The notes: generated by a model not told the origin, from the sequence alone. Positions 38,339-47,808 are shown, numbered from the stretch's first letter. The stretch is DNA of 55,830 bases from an uncultured archaeon (GCA_938074535.1 CALJER010000009.1:1-55830), one strand, 5' to 3'. Numbers and translations: made by a program.

Positions 38339-39478
38339 CTATCCCCACCTCTCCAGCAGGAACTCGACCAGGTCCACCACCCTGAGCCCTAGTCCGAAGG
38401 CCTCGGCCGTTTCCCTAAGCTGCCTCAGGCAGAAGGGGCAGGCGGTTACCAGCACCTGGGCCCCCGTCTCCCTTGCCTCCTCCAGCCTCCTTTTGGCCAC
38501 CTGCTTGGAAGCGTCGGGATAGCCGGCTCTGAAGCCCCCTCCAGACCCGCAGCACCAGGAGTTCTCCCTGTTTCTGGGCATCTCCACGAGTTCCACCCCA
38601 GGGAGGGAGGAGAGCAGTCTCCTGGGCTCCTCGTACACCCCCATGTGCCTCCCCAGGTGGCATGGATCGTGGTAGGTCACCCTCACCTCTCCCCCCCTCT
38701 CCGCCCTCAGTCTCCCCCTCTCCCTGTCTAGGAGCTGCACGAGATGCAGGACCCCCACTTCTGGCTCCACTCCGAGCTCAGGGTAGTCGCTCTTCCAAGC
38801 CCTGTAGCAGCCCGGGCAGTTCACCACCACCTCCCTCGCCCCCCTCCTTCCCACCTCCTCCAGATTGTGCCTGGCCATTCCCTCCACCGTCGCACCGTCC
38901 GCTTCCCCCTGTCCCGTCCTGAGAAGGAAAGAACCGCAGCACCACTCGTCCCCAAGTAGGGTGAACTCCAGCCCCATCCTCCCCAGCAGCTCCACCACCT
39001 TTCCCGCCAGCTCCTTCTCCCTGTAGGAGGAGGTACAGCCCGCGAAGTAGACCAGGGGGGCCTTCCCGGGGAGGTGCAGCCCGGGAGGGAGCCAGGAGAG
39101 CCTGCTGGCGTGGGGCTCCAGGTAGGGGTTGTGCTCCCTGGCTACGTGGCCGCCCCTCTCCCCGTACTTGGGGGGGAGGAAACCCCTCTCCCTCAGCCTT
39201 TCCCTGGCGGCCTCGATCACCCTCGAAGGTCCCGCCCCCACCGGGCAGACCGCGTCGCAGTTCCCGCAGAGGACGCAGGAGAACATCCTCTCCGCCACCG
39301 TGTTGGATGGGGGAAGATCGCCCCGGAGCAGGTGGGCGCACAGGGCCATCCTCCCCCTGGGCGCCCTGGACTCCACCCCCCAGAGTTCCAGGGAGGGGCA
39401 CTGGGTGCGGCAGAGGCCGCAGGCGGTGCTGGAGCTCATGCAGGCGTTGATTTTGGTGCGGAGCTCCTCCAGCCTCAT
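38339..39478 (-). CDS. Fe-S oxidoreductase GlcF/HdrD-like (2x[4Fe-4S] + 2 CCG domains)
   Basis: C...CGLC...CP, CVLCGNC...CP, YFAGC, CCG, YHDPCHLGR, CCGSGGG, CPFC. Confidence 0.9.
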   Translation of the reverse strand: MRLEELRTKINACMSSSTACGLCRTQCPSLELWGVESRAPRGRMALCAHLLRGDLPPSNTVAERMFSCVLCGNCDAVCPVGAGPSRVIEAARERLRERGFLPPKYGERGGHVAREHNPYLEPHASRLSWLPPGLHLPGKAPLVYFAGCTSSYREKELAGKVVELLGRMGLEFTLLGDEWCCGSFLLRTGQGEADGATVEGMARHNLEEVGRRGAREVVVNCPGCYRAWKSDYPELGVEPEVGVLHLVQLLDRERGRLRAERGGEVRVTYHDPCHLGRHMGVYEEPRRLLSSLPGVELVEMPRNRENSWCCGSGGGFRAGYPDASKQVAKRRLEEARETGAQVLVTACPFCLRQLRETAEAFGLGLRVVDLVEFLLERWG

Positions 39479-40950
39479 TTCTCCTCCCACCACCTCTCCA
39501 TCAGGGCCACCCTGGGGATGCCATCCAGGGCCATCTTCCCTGGGTTCAGGATCCCCTGCGGATCCAGCAGCCTCTTCAGGGAGCGCATGAGTTCCAGCGC
39601 GTACCCGTGCTCCTCCTCCAGGTAGGGGGCCTTCCACAGCCCCACCCCGTGCTCCGCGGTGAGCGTCCCTCCCAGGGATAAGGCAAGCCTTATGGCCTCC
39701 TCCTGGAACCTCCTGGCCCTCTCCACCTGCTCTGGAGACTCCGGTACGAAAGTGGAGCCTATGTGAACATTACCGTCACCCACGTGACCAAAACATACCC
39801 CCATGATACCCCTTTCCTCCATGAGAGCCTTTACCCTCCTCACATACTCCAGCATCTTGGAAAGGGGCAGCCCCACATCCACGGAGGCCTGGAAGACCAG
39901 CCTCGGGGTTTCCGGGCTGGGAAGGAGCTTGGTGAGGGAGGCGCTGATTTTCTCCCTGGCTTCCCACAGCCTCCTCCCCAGGGCCTCGTCCTCCACCCCC
40001 ACCGTTTCCGCTCCCTTCCCTCTGCACGCCCTCACCATCTCCTCCATCTCCCCCTCCACCGCTTCCCGGTACCTCCCGTCGGAGCGCAGCAGGAGCGCCC
40101 CCTTTCCCTCCGGGAGGGAAAAGCCGCTCATGTTCAGGGCGAGGAGGCAGAGCTCGTCCAGCAGCTCCAGGGAGGCCGGGGTGATGCCCCTGCCCAGGAT
40201 CTCCATGGCGGCCTCGAAGGCGCCCTCCAAGGAAGGGAAGACGGCCATGGTGGTTCTGCGGATGGGCGGGTAGGGCTCCACCCTCAGGGTGATCTCCGTG
40301 ATCACGCCCAGCGTCCCCTCCGACCCCACGAAGAGGTCCTTCAGGGAGTAGCCCGAGGCGGACTTCGCGACCTTCCTCCCCAGCCTCACCACTTCTCCCC
40401 CCGCCAGCACCACCTCCAGGGAGAGCACGTAGTTCCTGGTGGCCCCGTACTTCACGGCCCCCGAGCCGCTGGCGTTGGTGGAGACCATCCCCCCTACGGT
40501 GCAGGCCATGGCGCTTCCCGGTTCCGGGGGGAAAAAGTACCCCCTCCGCTCCAGCTCCCGGTTCAGCTCCGCGTAGGTGGCCCCAGGTCCCGCCACCACC
40601 ATGCGGTCCTCCACCCTCGGTTCTATCCTGTTCATCTTCTTCAGGTCCAGCACGATTCCCCCCTCCACAGGGATGAGCTGTCCCGCCAGGCTGGTCCCTG
40701 CCCCCCTGGGGATGACGGGTATGCGGTGGAGGGAGGCGAACCTGAGGATCCGGGAGACCTGTGAGGTTTCGAGGGGAGTGACCACGGCGTCGGGGAGGAA
40801 CTTGAACTTGGGAAGGTAGTGCTGGAGGCCCCTCAGGAAGTGGTCGGCGGAGTAGGGGAGGAGGTCCGCCTCCTCCGTGAGCACATTCTCCCTTCCCACC
40901 ATCCCCGCCAGTTCCCTTTCCAGTTCCCTCCTTTCTGGCCGGGAGCTCAT
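39475..40950 (-). CDS. FAD-linked 2-hydroxyacid oxidoreductase (GlcD/D-lactate dehydrogenase family)
   Basis: PRGAGTSL, GSEGTLG, GHVGDGNVH, EHGVG, LNPGK; start at ATG 40950. Confidence 0.92.
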   Translation of the reverse strand: MSSRPERRELERELAGMVGRENVLTEEADLLPYSADHFLRGLQHYLPKFKFLPDAVVTPLETSQVSRILRFASLHRIPVIPRGAGTSLAGQLIPVEGGIVLDLKKMNRIEPRVEDRMVVAGPGATYAELNRELERRGYFFPPEPGSAMACTVGGMVSTNASGSGAVKYGATRNYVLSLEVVLAGGEVVRLGRKVAKSASGYSLKDLFVGSEGTLGVITEITLRVEPYPPIRRTTMAVFPSLEGAFEAAMEILGRGITPASLELLDELCLLALNMSGFSLPEGKGALLLRSDGRYREAVEGEMEEMVRACRGKGAETVGVEDEALGRRLWEAREKISASLTKLLPSPETPRLVFQASVDVGLPLSKMLEYVRRVKALMEERGIMGVCFGHVGDGNVHIGSTFVPESPEQVERARRFQEEAIRLALSLGGTLTAEHGVGLWKAPYLEEEHGYALELMRSLKRLLDPQGILNPGKMALDGIPRVALMERWWEEK

Positions 40951-41543
40951 CTCCTCCCCCCGGCCATCCCCAGCTCCAGCGCCCTCAGGTTGGGACTGTT
41001 CTCCCCGAAGAGCTCCACCACGACCTTTCTGAAGCTCTCGGGACGGAGGGGGAGCCAGCCAGAGGCCGCCAGACATCCCACCATCACCACGTTCTGCATT
41101 CTGGCGTCCCCGGCCTCCTTGGCCAGCTCGGTGGCCTCCACCACCACCACCTCCTTCGAGAGCTCCCTTATGGCCTCCAGGACCTTTTCCACCTCGGGAT
41201 ATTTTGTTTGCCCGGAGAGGACCTCCAGGGGATAGACCGGTCTGGGGTTCACCATCACCCTTATGCCTGGGTTGCCGTAGGTCCCGAGGGCCCTGAGGGT
41301 CTCCACGGGCTCGAAACCCAGCAGCACGTCCCCCCTCCCCTCGGGCATGAGGGGACTGTAGGCCCTCCTCCTGGAGAGCCTGAGGTGGCTCATCACCGAA
41401 CCTCCCCTCTGCGTGGCGCCGTAGGTCTCGCCCACGGATACCTGGAAGCCTTCCTCGGTGGCAGCCGAGCCTATGAGCAGGGAAGCCAGCAGGTTCCCTT
41501 GTCCCCCCACGCCCACCACCAGCACGTTCAGGGGATCCTTCAT
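40947..41543 (-). CDS. iorB: Indolepyruvate:ferredoxin oxidoreductase beta subunit
   Basis: GVGGQG, ETYG.TQRGGSV.SH, N.VMVG. Confidence 0.92.
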   Translation of the reverse strand: MKDPLNVLVVGVGGQGNLLASLLIGSAATEEGFQVSVGETYGATQRGGSVMSHLRLSRRRAYSPLMPEGRGDVLLGFEPVETLRALGTYGNPGIRVMVNPRPVYPLEVLSGQTKYPEVEKVLEAIRELSKEVVVVEATELAKEAGDARMQNVVMVGCLAASGWLPLRPESFRKVVVELFGENSPNLRALELGMAGGRR

Positions 41544-43462
41544 CCTCCCTCCTCCACCACAATGGCCCCTGCCGGGCAGAGCTTGGCGCAGAGCCCGCAG
41601 CCCGTGCAGAGGACCTCGTCTATCTTGGCCTTGTTCTTGGGGTAGTCCCAGATGTTGGCGGGGCACCCCAGCACCCTGGAGCAGAAGGCCATGCAGCCGC
41701 ACTCCTCCCCTATGCACTTTTCCTGGTTCACGTGCACCCTGGGCCTCCTCTTCCTCTTCTCGCCCTCGGTGAGCGGGCAGGGGTGCCTGAGCACCAGGAC
41801 CCTGGGCCCCTTCCCCTTCAGCATCTCCTGGAGGGTCCTGGTGGCCTCGTCCACCTCGAAAGGATCGCAGACCCTCACCTCCACCCCTATCCCCCTGCAG
41901 AGGTCCTCCACCCTTATGGGGGCGGAGGGTTCGCCCGAGGCCGTCACCCCCGAGCCGGGATGCGGCTGGTGACCCGTCATTCCCGTGGTGGAGTTGTCCA
42001 GCACCACGTGCAGGAGGTTGGAGGAGTTCCACTTCGCGTTGAGGAGAGCGGGGATGCAGGCGTGATAGAAGGTGGAGTCCCCGGAGACGGAGACGACAGG
42101 GCGATCGAACCCGAACCTCTCCAGCTTCCCGAAGCCACAGGCCGTCCCTATCCCTGCTCCCATGCAGTGGAGGGTCTGCTCCACCGAGAAGCCCGTGGGG
42201 AGGAGGCCCATGCTGTAGCACCCTATATCCCCCGTTACCACGGCTTCCCTTCCGTCCCACTTCAGGGCCCTCTTCATTACCCAGAAGGAGGCGCGGTGGG
42301 GGCAGCCGGGACAGAAGGCCATGGAGCGCCCGGGCACGTACCCGCTCACCAGCTCCTCCCCCCTGCTCGCGTACTCTGGCGGCCTGGGGGAGTAGCTCAC
42401 CCCTCTCAGCCCGGAAAGGGCCCTGAGGACCAGCTCCGTGTTCAGCTCCCCCACGGCGGGGATATGGCCGCTCTTCTTCCCGTAGAAGTTGAGGGGTCCC
42501 AATCCTCTGGAGGCGAACTCCGCGGCCAGCGCCTTCACGTTCTGTTCCAAGAAGGGGTCTATCTCCTCCACGAAAAGGACCCCCCCGGCGTGGCTTAGGT
42601 GTTTAAAGAGCAGCTCTTCTGGCAGGGGCCAGGTGGTACCCAGCTTCAGGATTCCCACCGAGTCCTGGAGGCCCAGGAGCTCCACCGCCTCAGCGGAGTA
42701 AGTGTAGGAGGGCCCGGAGGTGAGGAGGAGGAGGTCGGGGTTCTCCGGTCCCTCGTACCGGTTGAAGGGGGAGGTCTCGAACTTCTCCGCGGCCGTCCTC
42801 ATCTTCTGATGCAGCATATCGTGGAACATGCAGGTGAAGGTGGAGCTTCCAGACGTCCAGGGGGGAGGAGCGGCGAACTCGGGCTTTCTCCTTTCCCTGT
42901 GGAGGGGGCCCAGCTCCACCACCCCCCTAGAGTGGGAGAGTCGGGTCACGCTCCTGACCATGCAGAGGAGGCCCAGCTCCTCCGAGAGCTCAAAAGCCCA
43001 CTTGGTCATCTCCTTGGCCTCCTGCGGGGTAGAGGGCTCCAGGAGGGGGACGTCCGCGAGCCTGGCGTAGTTTCTGGTGTCCAGCTCCGTGGTGGTGGAG
43101 TGGGCCGCTGGGTCGTCACCTGTGACCAGCACGAGGCCTCCCCTCGTCCCCGACAGGTTCACGGTCATCAGGAAGTCGGAGCACACGTCCACTCCCAGGT
43201 TCTTCATGGCGGTGAGGGCGCGAAGGCCCGTGGCAGCCGCGGCTCCAGCCACCTCCAGGGCCACCATCTCGTTGGTGGACCACTCCACGTAAAGGTCGAA
43301 CTCCTTCGAGGCCTCCAGCAGGGCCTCCACCACCTCGGAGGCCGGGTTCCCCGGGTAGCCCGAGCACACCTGCACCCCGGCCTCCAGGGCCCCCCTGGCT
43401 ATGCCCTCGTTGCCGCTCAGCAGCAGCCTCTTCCCGGGTCTGTCCAGTCCTATCCTGCTCAT
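41540..43462 (-). CDS. iorA: Indolepyruvate:ferredoxin oxidoreductase alpha subunit
   Basis: GNEGIARG, YPG.P, NE..A.E, CPGCPH, DIGCY, GDSTF.H, DNSTTGMTG.Q, C-terminal ferredoxin. Confidence 0.95.
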   Translation of the reverse strand: MSRIGLDRPGKRLLLSGNEGIARGALEAGVQVCSGYPGNPASEVVEALLEASKEFDLYVEWSTNEMVALEVAGAAAATGLRALTAMKNLGVDVCSDFLMTVNLSGTRGGLVLVTGDDPAAHSTTTELDTRNYARLADVPLLEPSTPQEAKEMTKWAFELSEELGLLCMVRSVTRLSHSRGVVELGPLHRERRKPEFAAPPPWTSGSSTFTCMFHDMLHQKMRTAAEKFETSPFNRYEGPENPDLLLLTSGPSYTYSAEAVELLGLQDSVGILKLGTTWPLPEELLFKHLSHAGGVLFVEEIDPFLEQNVKALAAEFASRGLGPLNFYGKKSGHIPAVGELNTELVLRALSGLRGVSYSPRPPEYASRGEELVSGYVPGRSMAFCPGCPHRASFWVMKRALKWDGREAVVTGDIGCYSMGLLPTGFSVEQTLHCMGAGIGTACGFGKLERFGFDRPVVSVSGDSTFYHACIPALLNAKWNSSNLLHVVLDNSTTGMTGHQPHPGSGVTASGEPSAPIRVEDLCRGIGVEVRVCDPFEVDEATRTLQEMLKGKGPRVLVLRHPCPLTEGEKRKRRPRVHVNQEKCIGEECGCMAFCSRVLGCPANIWDYPKNKAKIDEVLCTGCGLCAKLCPAGAIVVEEGG

Positions 43463-43463
43463 C

Positions 43464-44516
43464 CTACACCTCCTTCAGGTAGCGGGCCCCCAGTCTCTCC
43501 CTCTCCTCCTCGCTCCTCTTCTTCTTCATGAGGCTGGCTTCCCTGAGGTGCTCCAGCCTCTCCCTCTCCAGGGGCGCCGTCTCCACCTCCCCCCTCCTGC
43601 TCGCCTCCTCGAAGAGCTCCCTCCCCCTCTCGCTCCTGAGGATCACGGTGTTCCATCCCTCCTCCCCCTCCACCATCCCCACCGAGAGGTCGGCCAGCTC
43701 CGCCGTCATGTCGAAGCAGACCCTGCAGGAGGGCGGGATGAAGCTCCTCACCTCGTCCAGGGGGAGCTCCACCCTCCCGTCCTCCGTCTCGGCCACGAAA
43801 AGGTTGGCGGGCGGTGGAGGGATGTCGAACCTCCTCACCCTCCTCCCCCCCAGCTTCGTCCTGAGGAACTCCCCGGCCCTGTGGGAGAGGGCCCAGGTGC
43901 AGAAAAGCCCCACCACCAGCTCCACCCTCGACACCTCCCACTCCTCCTCGTAGGCCTGGATCTTCCTGAGGGCCAGCACCTGGCAGGGCGTGCCCACGAA
44001 GGCCATTCTTCCCCCCTCTTCCTTCCTCAGCAGCCTCACCACCTCCCCCACCGAGGGGGAAAGCAGGTACCTGGATCTGGCGCACCGGAGCACCTCCTCC
44101 TCAGTTCTAGCTGCCGTGGGCTCGGGGTAGACCCCATCGGAGGATCCCGTGAGGACCACGGAGTCCACCTTCCCCTCCCTCAGGGCGTGCAGGAGGAGGG
44201 AGGAGACGGTCCCCCCGTACTGCGCCCTTCCCCTCACCTCTTCCCTCGCCGCCCTGGCTTTGAGCACGGAGGAGTGGAACCCCAGCACCGGATCCGTCCT
44301 GAGGGCCCCGAAGGTCCTCCTCTCCAGGTGGGGGAGGTTCACCTCCGTCCTGGGGCAGAAGAGGTAGCACCTGCCCTCCTCCCTGCCGCACGGTTCCAGG
44401 AGAACGGCCCTTCCCTCCACCGCGTTGAGGTAGGGACAGATGGAAGTGCAGGCCCCGCAGCCCGTGCAGAGGCTGGAGGAGAGAACCTTGGACTGGAGTT
44501 CCAGGGGCCCGCCCAT
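43464..44516 (-). CDS. Coenzyme F420 hydrogenase/dehydrogenase beta-subunit family (FrhB/FdhB-like) protein
   Basis: CTGCGAC..CP, QYGG.VS, GTPCQ, GLFC, CRVC.D.TAELADLSVG, GWN; TTAAAT box at 44540-44545. Confidence 0.88.
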   Translation of the reverse strand: MGGPLELQSKVLSSSLCTGCGACTSICPYLNAVEGRAVLLEPCGREEGRCYLFCPRTEVNLPHLERRTFGALRTDPVLGFHSSVLKARAAREEVRGRAQYGGTVSSLLLHALREGKVDSVVLTGSSDGVYPEPTAARTEEEVLRCARSRYLLSPSVGEVVRLLRKEEGGRMAFVGTPCQVLALRKIQAYEEEWEVSRVELVVGLFCTWALSHRAGEFLRTKLGGRRVRRFDIPPPPANLFVAETEDGRVELPLDEVRSFIPPSCRVCFDMTAELADLSVGMVEGEEGWNTVILRSERGRELFEEASRRGEVETAPLERERLEHLREASLMKKKRSEEERERLGARYLKEV

Positions 44517-44894
44517 CCCCTTTTTTTTGAATCCTCCAGATTTAACCCCACTGCCTTGCTCCCATTTCAACAGGGCTGAACCAAAGGGACAGGACGGAAC
44601 TCCTAGAGCGGGGGGTACTGGTGTCCTGCCGATTCCTGCAGTCAAGTCCCGGATTCAAACCACCTGCGCGGCTCACAACCGAGTCCCACCGCTCAGAATT
44701 CCTCTCCTAGCGGTTTTCCTGGCTCCCCCTGTTTTCCTCTTTTTCTCCTCATAATGCCGGCGGGGCTCATGGCTCCGAGTGGGCGAAACCTCGCCTTTCA
44801 AGGCCTTATCTAGGGTTCCCGCTATTCCCTTTTCGGGGGGGAGAGAAGAGGAAAGGATCTGCCCCCTCCGCCCGGCCTACCTCAGAAAGGAGGG

Positions 44895-45950
44895 CTAACC
44901 TGAGGGAATGTGTTCGGGGGGCCTGACCAGTCTGAACTTCATCGCCCCGTCCTCGCACCCCACCACGCACACACCGCACCCGAAGCACTTCTCGGGTATC
45001 ACCCTGGCTTTGTACTTCCTGCTCCCCTCCGGCCTCACCAGCTCCACGGCCTCAAAGGGGCATCTCTCCAGACAGGTCTGGCATCCGGTGCACTTCTCCT
45101 GGTCCACATAGGCCTCGAACCTGCTCTTGGCGGTGAGCTTCTCTGGAGGGACCCCTCCGTACCTGTAGAAGTTGAAGAACTCGCAGCAGTCCGGACAGCA
45201 GTTACAGATGGTGTTGATGGTGAGCTTGGAGTGGTTGGGCCCCATGTGTACCAGTCCGTCCCTTTCAGCCTTCTCAAGCACCTCCAGGGCCTCTTTCTTC
45301 GTCAGGGACCTCCCAGAGCCCCTCTTCACCACATACTCCGCCCCCCTGTGGAACTGGGTGCAGTGCCAGACCTCCCTCTCCCTGGTGTGCTTGCAGGGCT
45401 CCCCCACCCCCTCCTGCACCAGCCTGCAGGAGCAGGGCACCACCCCCAGCTGGGTCTGGGAGTTAACAATTTGCACGATGTCCTCGCACGGGAGAACCCC
45501 TTCCAGGCCCTTCAGGGCACCGCTGGCGGGGATGACCCTCCAGATGGGCTCCGTGAAGAGGGTTCCCAGGAGCTCCCCCACTCCCTTGTAGAACTCCTTT
45601 CTTCCGAAGTCGTGCCAGAGCTGGAAGTACTTCTTGTCCTTCTCCAGATCGAGGTGCTGGGTGGCGAGGGTAGCGTCGTGGAGCTGCACCAGATCCCTGG
45701 CGAACCTGAAGAAGTCCCTCTTGTCGAAGTCTTTGGGGAAGACCACCCCCTTCCTCCACAGCTCCTCCAGGATCCCCCTCACCTTCTCCTCAGGCATGCC
45801 GAGGTTGTTCGCCACTTCCTGAACGCTCCCCGGGAGGGCAGCGGCCACCCTAGCCTGTTCAGAAGTCATCAGGTACTCTAGGATTTGCCTGAGGAAGGGA
45901 GACTCGGGAAAACCAAGGCCCTCCATCAAAAGGCGAAAGGGATCCTCCAT
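44895..45950 (-). CDS. 4Fe-4S binding protein with N-terminal HTH-like region and Cys-rich core
   Basis: CSCR...C, ICNCCPDCC, C-terminal 2x CxxCxxCxxxC. Confidence 0.85.
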   Translation of the reverse strand: MEDPFRLLMEGLGFPESPFLRQILEYLMTSEQARVAAALPGSVQEVANNLGMPEEKVRGILEELWRKGVVFPKDFDKRDFFRFARDLVQLHDATLATQHLDLEKDKKYFQLWHDFGRKEFYKGVGELLGTLFTEPIWRVIPASGALKGLEGVLPCEDIVQIVNSQTQLGVVPCSCRLVQEGVGEPCKHTREREVWHCTQFHRGAEYVVKRGSGRSLTKKEALEVLEKAERDGLVHMGPNHSKLTINTICNCCPDCCEFFNFYRYGGVPPEKLTAKSRFEAYVDQEKCTGCQTCLERCPFEAVELVRPEGSRKYKARVIPEKCFGCGVCVVGCEDGAMKFRLVRPPEHIPSG

Positions 45951-45980
45951 CTCTGGTACTTTTCCTTCCGGGTTAAAAGG

Positions 45981-46799
45981 TTAAGGGGAGAGGAGGAACT
46001 CCAGCACGGTTTCCGTTACCTTTTCTATATCTTCCTGCAGCTCGTGGGCGGAGTTCTCGAAGTAGACCAGCTTGGCGTTGGGTATGCGCATCGCCATGAC
46101 CTCCGCGTTCTCCGGAGGGATGTATCTGTCCTTCTTTCCCGCTAGGATGAGGGTGGGTGCCCTTATCTGGGGGAGGCGGTCGCAGGCATCGAAGTTCAGG
46201 ATGGCTTCAACCTGCCTCACGATTCCCTCAGGGGGAGTGGGGGCGACGAGGATGAGGTCTATGGCCACCTCTACCAGACCCGGGTTCTCCTTCATGAATT
46301 CCTCACTGAAGATGAAGGGGATGAGCCTACCGGCCGCCTCCCGGTCCCAGCCCTTCTGGGAGAGGAGGCCAAGAATCTCCGTGACCATCTGGGCGGCTTC
46401 CCCCGGGATGGGCACCGCCTTGGGCCCTCCGCAGAAGGTGGAGGCCAGCACCAGCTTCTCCACCCTGTGGGGATGGTTGATGGCCAGTTCCTGGGCGATC
46501 ATCCCCCCCATGGAGATGCCCAGCACATGCGCCTTCTTTATCCCCAGGGCCTCCATGAGGCCTGCCGTGTCGTCGGCCATCATCTTTATGGAGTACTCCT
46601 CCTTGTCCGAGACATCCGTCCTGCCGGCCCCCCTGTTGTCGAAGGTGATGACCCTGAAGCGCTCGGACAGCCTGGGCAGGAAGTATACGGGGTCCCAGCA
46701 GTCGGCGTTCCCCATGAAGCCCATGATGAGCACAAGGGGGAAGCCTTCCCCCCGGGTGTCGTAGTACATCTCTATGTCGCCGACCCTTACCTTTGGCAC
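45981..46799 (-). CDS. Alpha/beta fold hydrolase (PcaD/MhpC-like)
   Basis: FDNRGAG, GISMGG nucleophile elbow, catalytic D and H; GTG start 46799. Confidence 0.9.
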   Translation of the reverse strand: MPKVRVGDIEMYYDTRGEGFPLVLIMGFMGNADCWDPVYFLPRLSERFRVITFDNRGAGRTDVSDKEEYSIKMMADDTAGLMEALGIKKAHVLGISMGGMIAQELAINHPHRVEKLVLASTFCGGPKAVPIPGEAAQMVTEILGLLSQKGWDREAAGRLIPFIFSEEFMKENPGLVEVAIDLILVAPTPPEGIVRQVEAILNFDACDRLPQIRAPTLILAGKKDRYIPPENAEVMAMRIPNAKLVYFENSAHELQEDIEKVTETVLEFLLSP

Positions 46800-46834
46800 G
46801 TTTCTTTTCCTCGACCAGGGATAAAAAGCATGCC

Positions 46835-47755
46835 TTACAGCTCCAGCACCCTGGCCGCGTTCTTTCCCAGGATGGCCTCGATTTCCTCGGAGGTGAACCT
46901 TATCCCCGCGGCCTCCACCTGCGGAGGAGGGTTCCTGAGCTTGTCCACCCACTGGGTCTCGCTGAGGAGGGGCTTGGGGGTCATGGGCCAGTCGCTCCCG
47001 AAGAGCACCCTGTCGCTACCCACCATGTCGCAGATGGTTCTGAGGGCCTTGTAGAAATAGGTGGAGGATTCGCAGTAGTTGCCCCACGCCGCCGTGTCTA
47101 GGTACACGTTGGGCTTCATCATGGCCACGGACATGGCCTCCTCCCACCACCCGAACCCCAAGTGGGCCATGATGATCTTCAGATCTGGGAAGTCGGCTGC
47201 CACATCGTCCACATACACTGGACGGGCGAACCTGCTCAGGAGAGGCGGGGGTTCGGTGCCGGTGTGGATGAGGACGGGGACCCCGTACTCCTCGCACTTC
47301 CGGTAGAGGGGGTAGCACGCGGGGTCGTTGGGAAAGAAGCCTGAGGTGGGGTGGAGCTTGAGCCCCCCCATTCCCCACTCCCCCAGTCCCCTCTCCAGGA
47401 CTTCCGCGGCGTTCTTTCTTCTGGGGTCCACCCCCACGAAGGCGATGAAGCGGTCGGAGTAGTTCTTGGCGATCTCGGCGAAGAGGCGGTTTAGTTCTTC
47501 GATGGGGATTTTAGGCTCGCCCAGCCTCAACCCCCAGTCCAGGGGGAGGATGATCGCCTTTTCTATTCCGGCACCGTCCATCTCCGCCAGCAATTCTTCT
47601 GGAGGGGCGTGCCAGAAGCTGGGCATGACGGTTTCCAAAACCTCCTCCTCGCTCATGCTGGGTATCATGTGGTGGATTAGGGAGGCAAGCCCTTTCCAGA
47701 AGGGCTCGGGCAGCCAGTCCTTCTCCCACAGATGGGTGTGTGCGTCGATGAGCAG
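46835..47755 (-). CDS. Amidohydrolase_2 family metallohydrolase (probable CTG start)
   Basis: Frame extends upstream of the ORF-track start to include LIDAHTH; also LKLHP, HTG, AHLG, FGSDWP. Confidence 0.88.
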   Translation of the reverse strand: MLIDAHTHLWEKDWLPEPFWKGLASLIHHMIPSMSEEEVLETVMPSFWHAPPEELLAEMDGAGIEKAIILPLDWGLRLGEPKIPIEELNRLFAEIAKNYSDRFIAFVGVDPRRKNAAEVLERGLGEWGMGGLKLHPTSGFFPNDPACYPLYRKCEEYGVPVLIHTGTEPPPLLSRFARPVYVDDVAADFPDLKIIMAHLGFGWWEEAMSVAMMKPNVYLDTAAWGNYCESSTYFYKALRTICDMVGSDRVLFGSDWPMTPKPLLSETQWVDKLRNPPPQVEAAGIRFTSEEIEAILGKNAARVLEL

Positions 47756-47808
47756 GGTCTCCCCATCACTCTCTTTCTGCTAACCTTTAATCCTGCCGGG
47801 CACCGGGC

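Noticed and set aside
44770-44894. Moco-RNA-like words (CTCCGAG...AGGGT...GAAAGGAG) on the plus strand
   Set aside because: Wrong strand for the flanking genes and I could not build the stems convincingly; an Rfam scan would settle it.
36385-45950. Selenocysteine or pyrrolysine read-through in the Fe-S genes
   Set aside because: Cys motifs are complete and the ORFs are full length; no in-frame TGA/TAG interrupts a domain.
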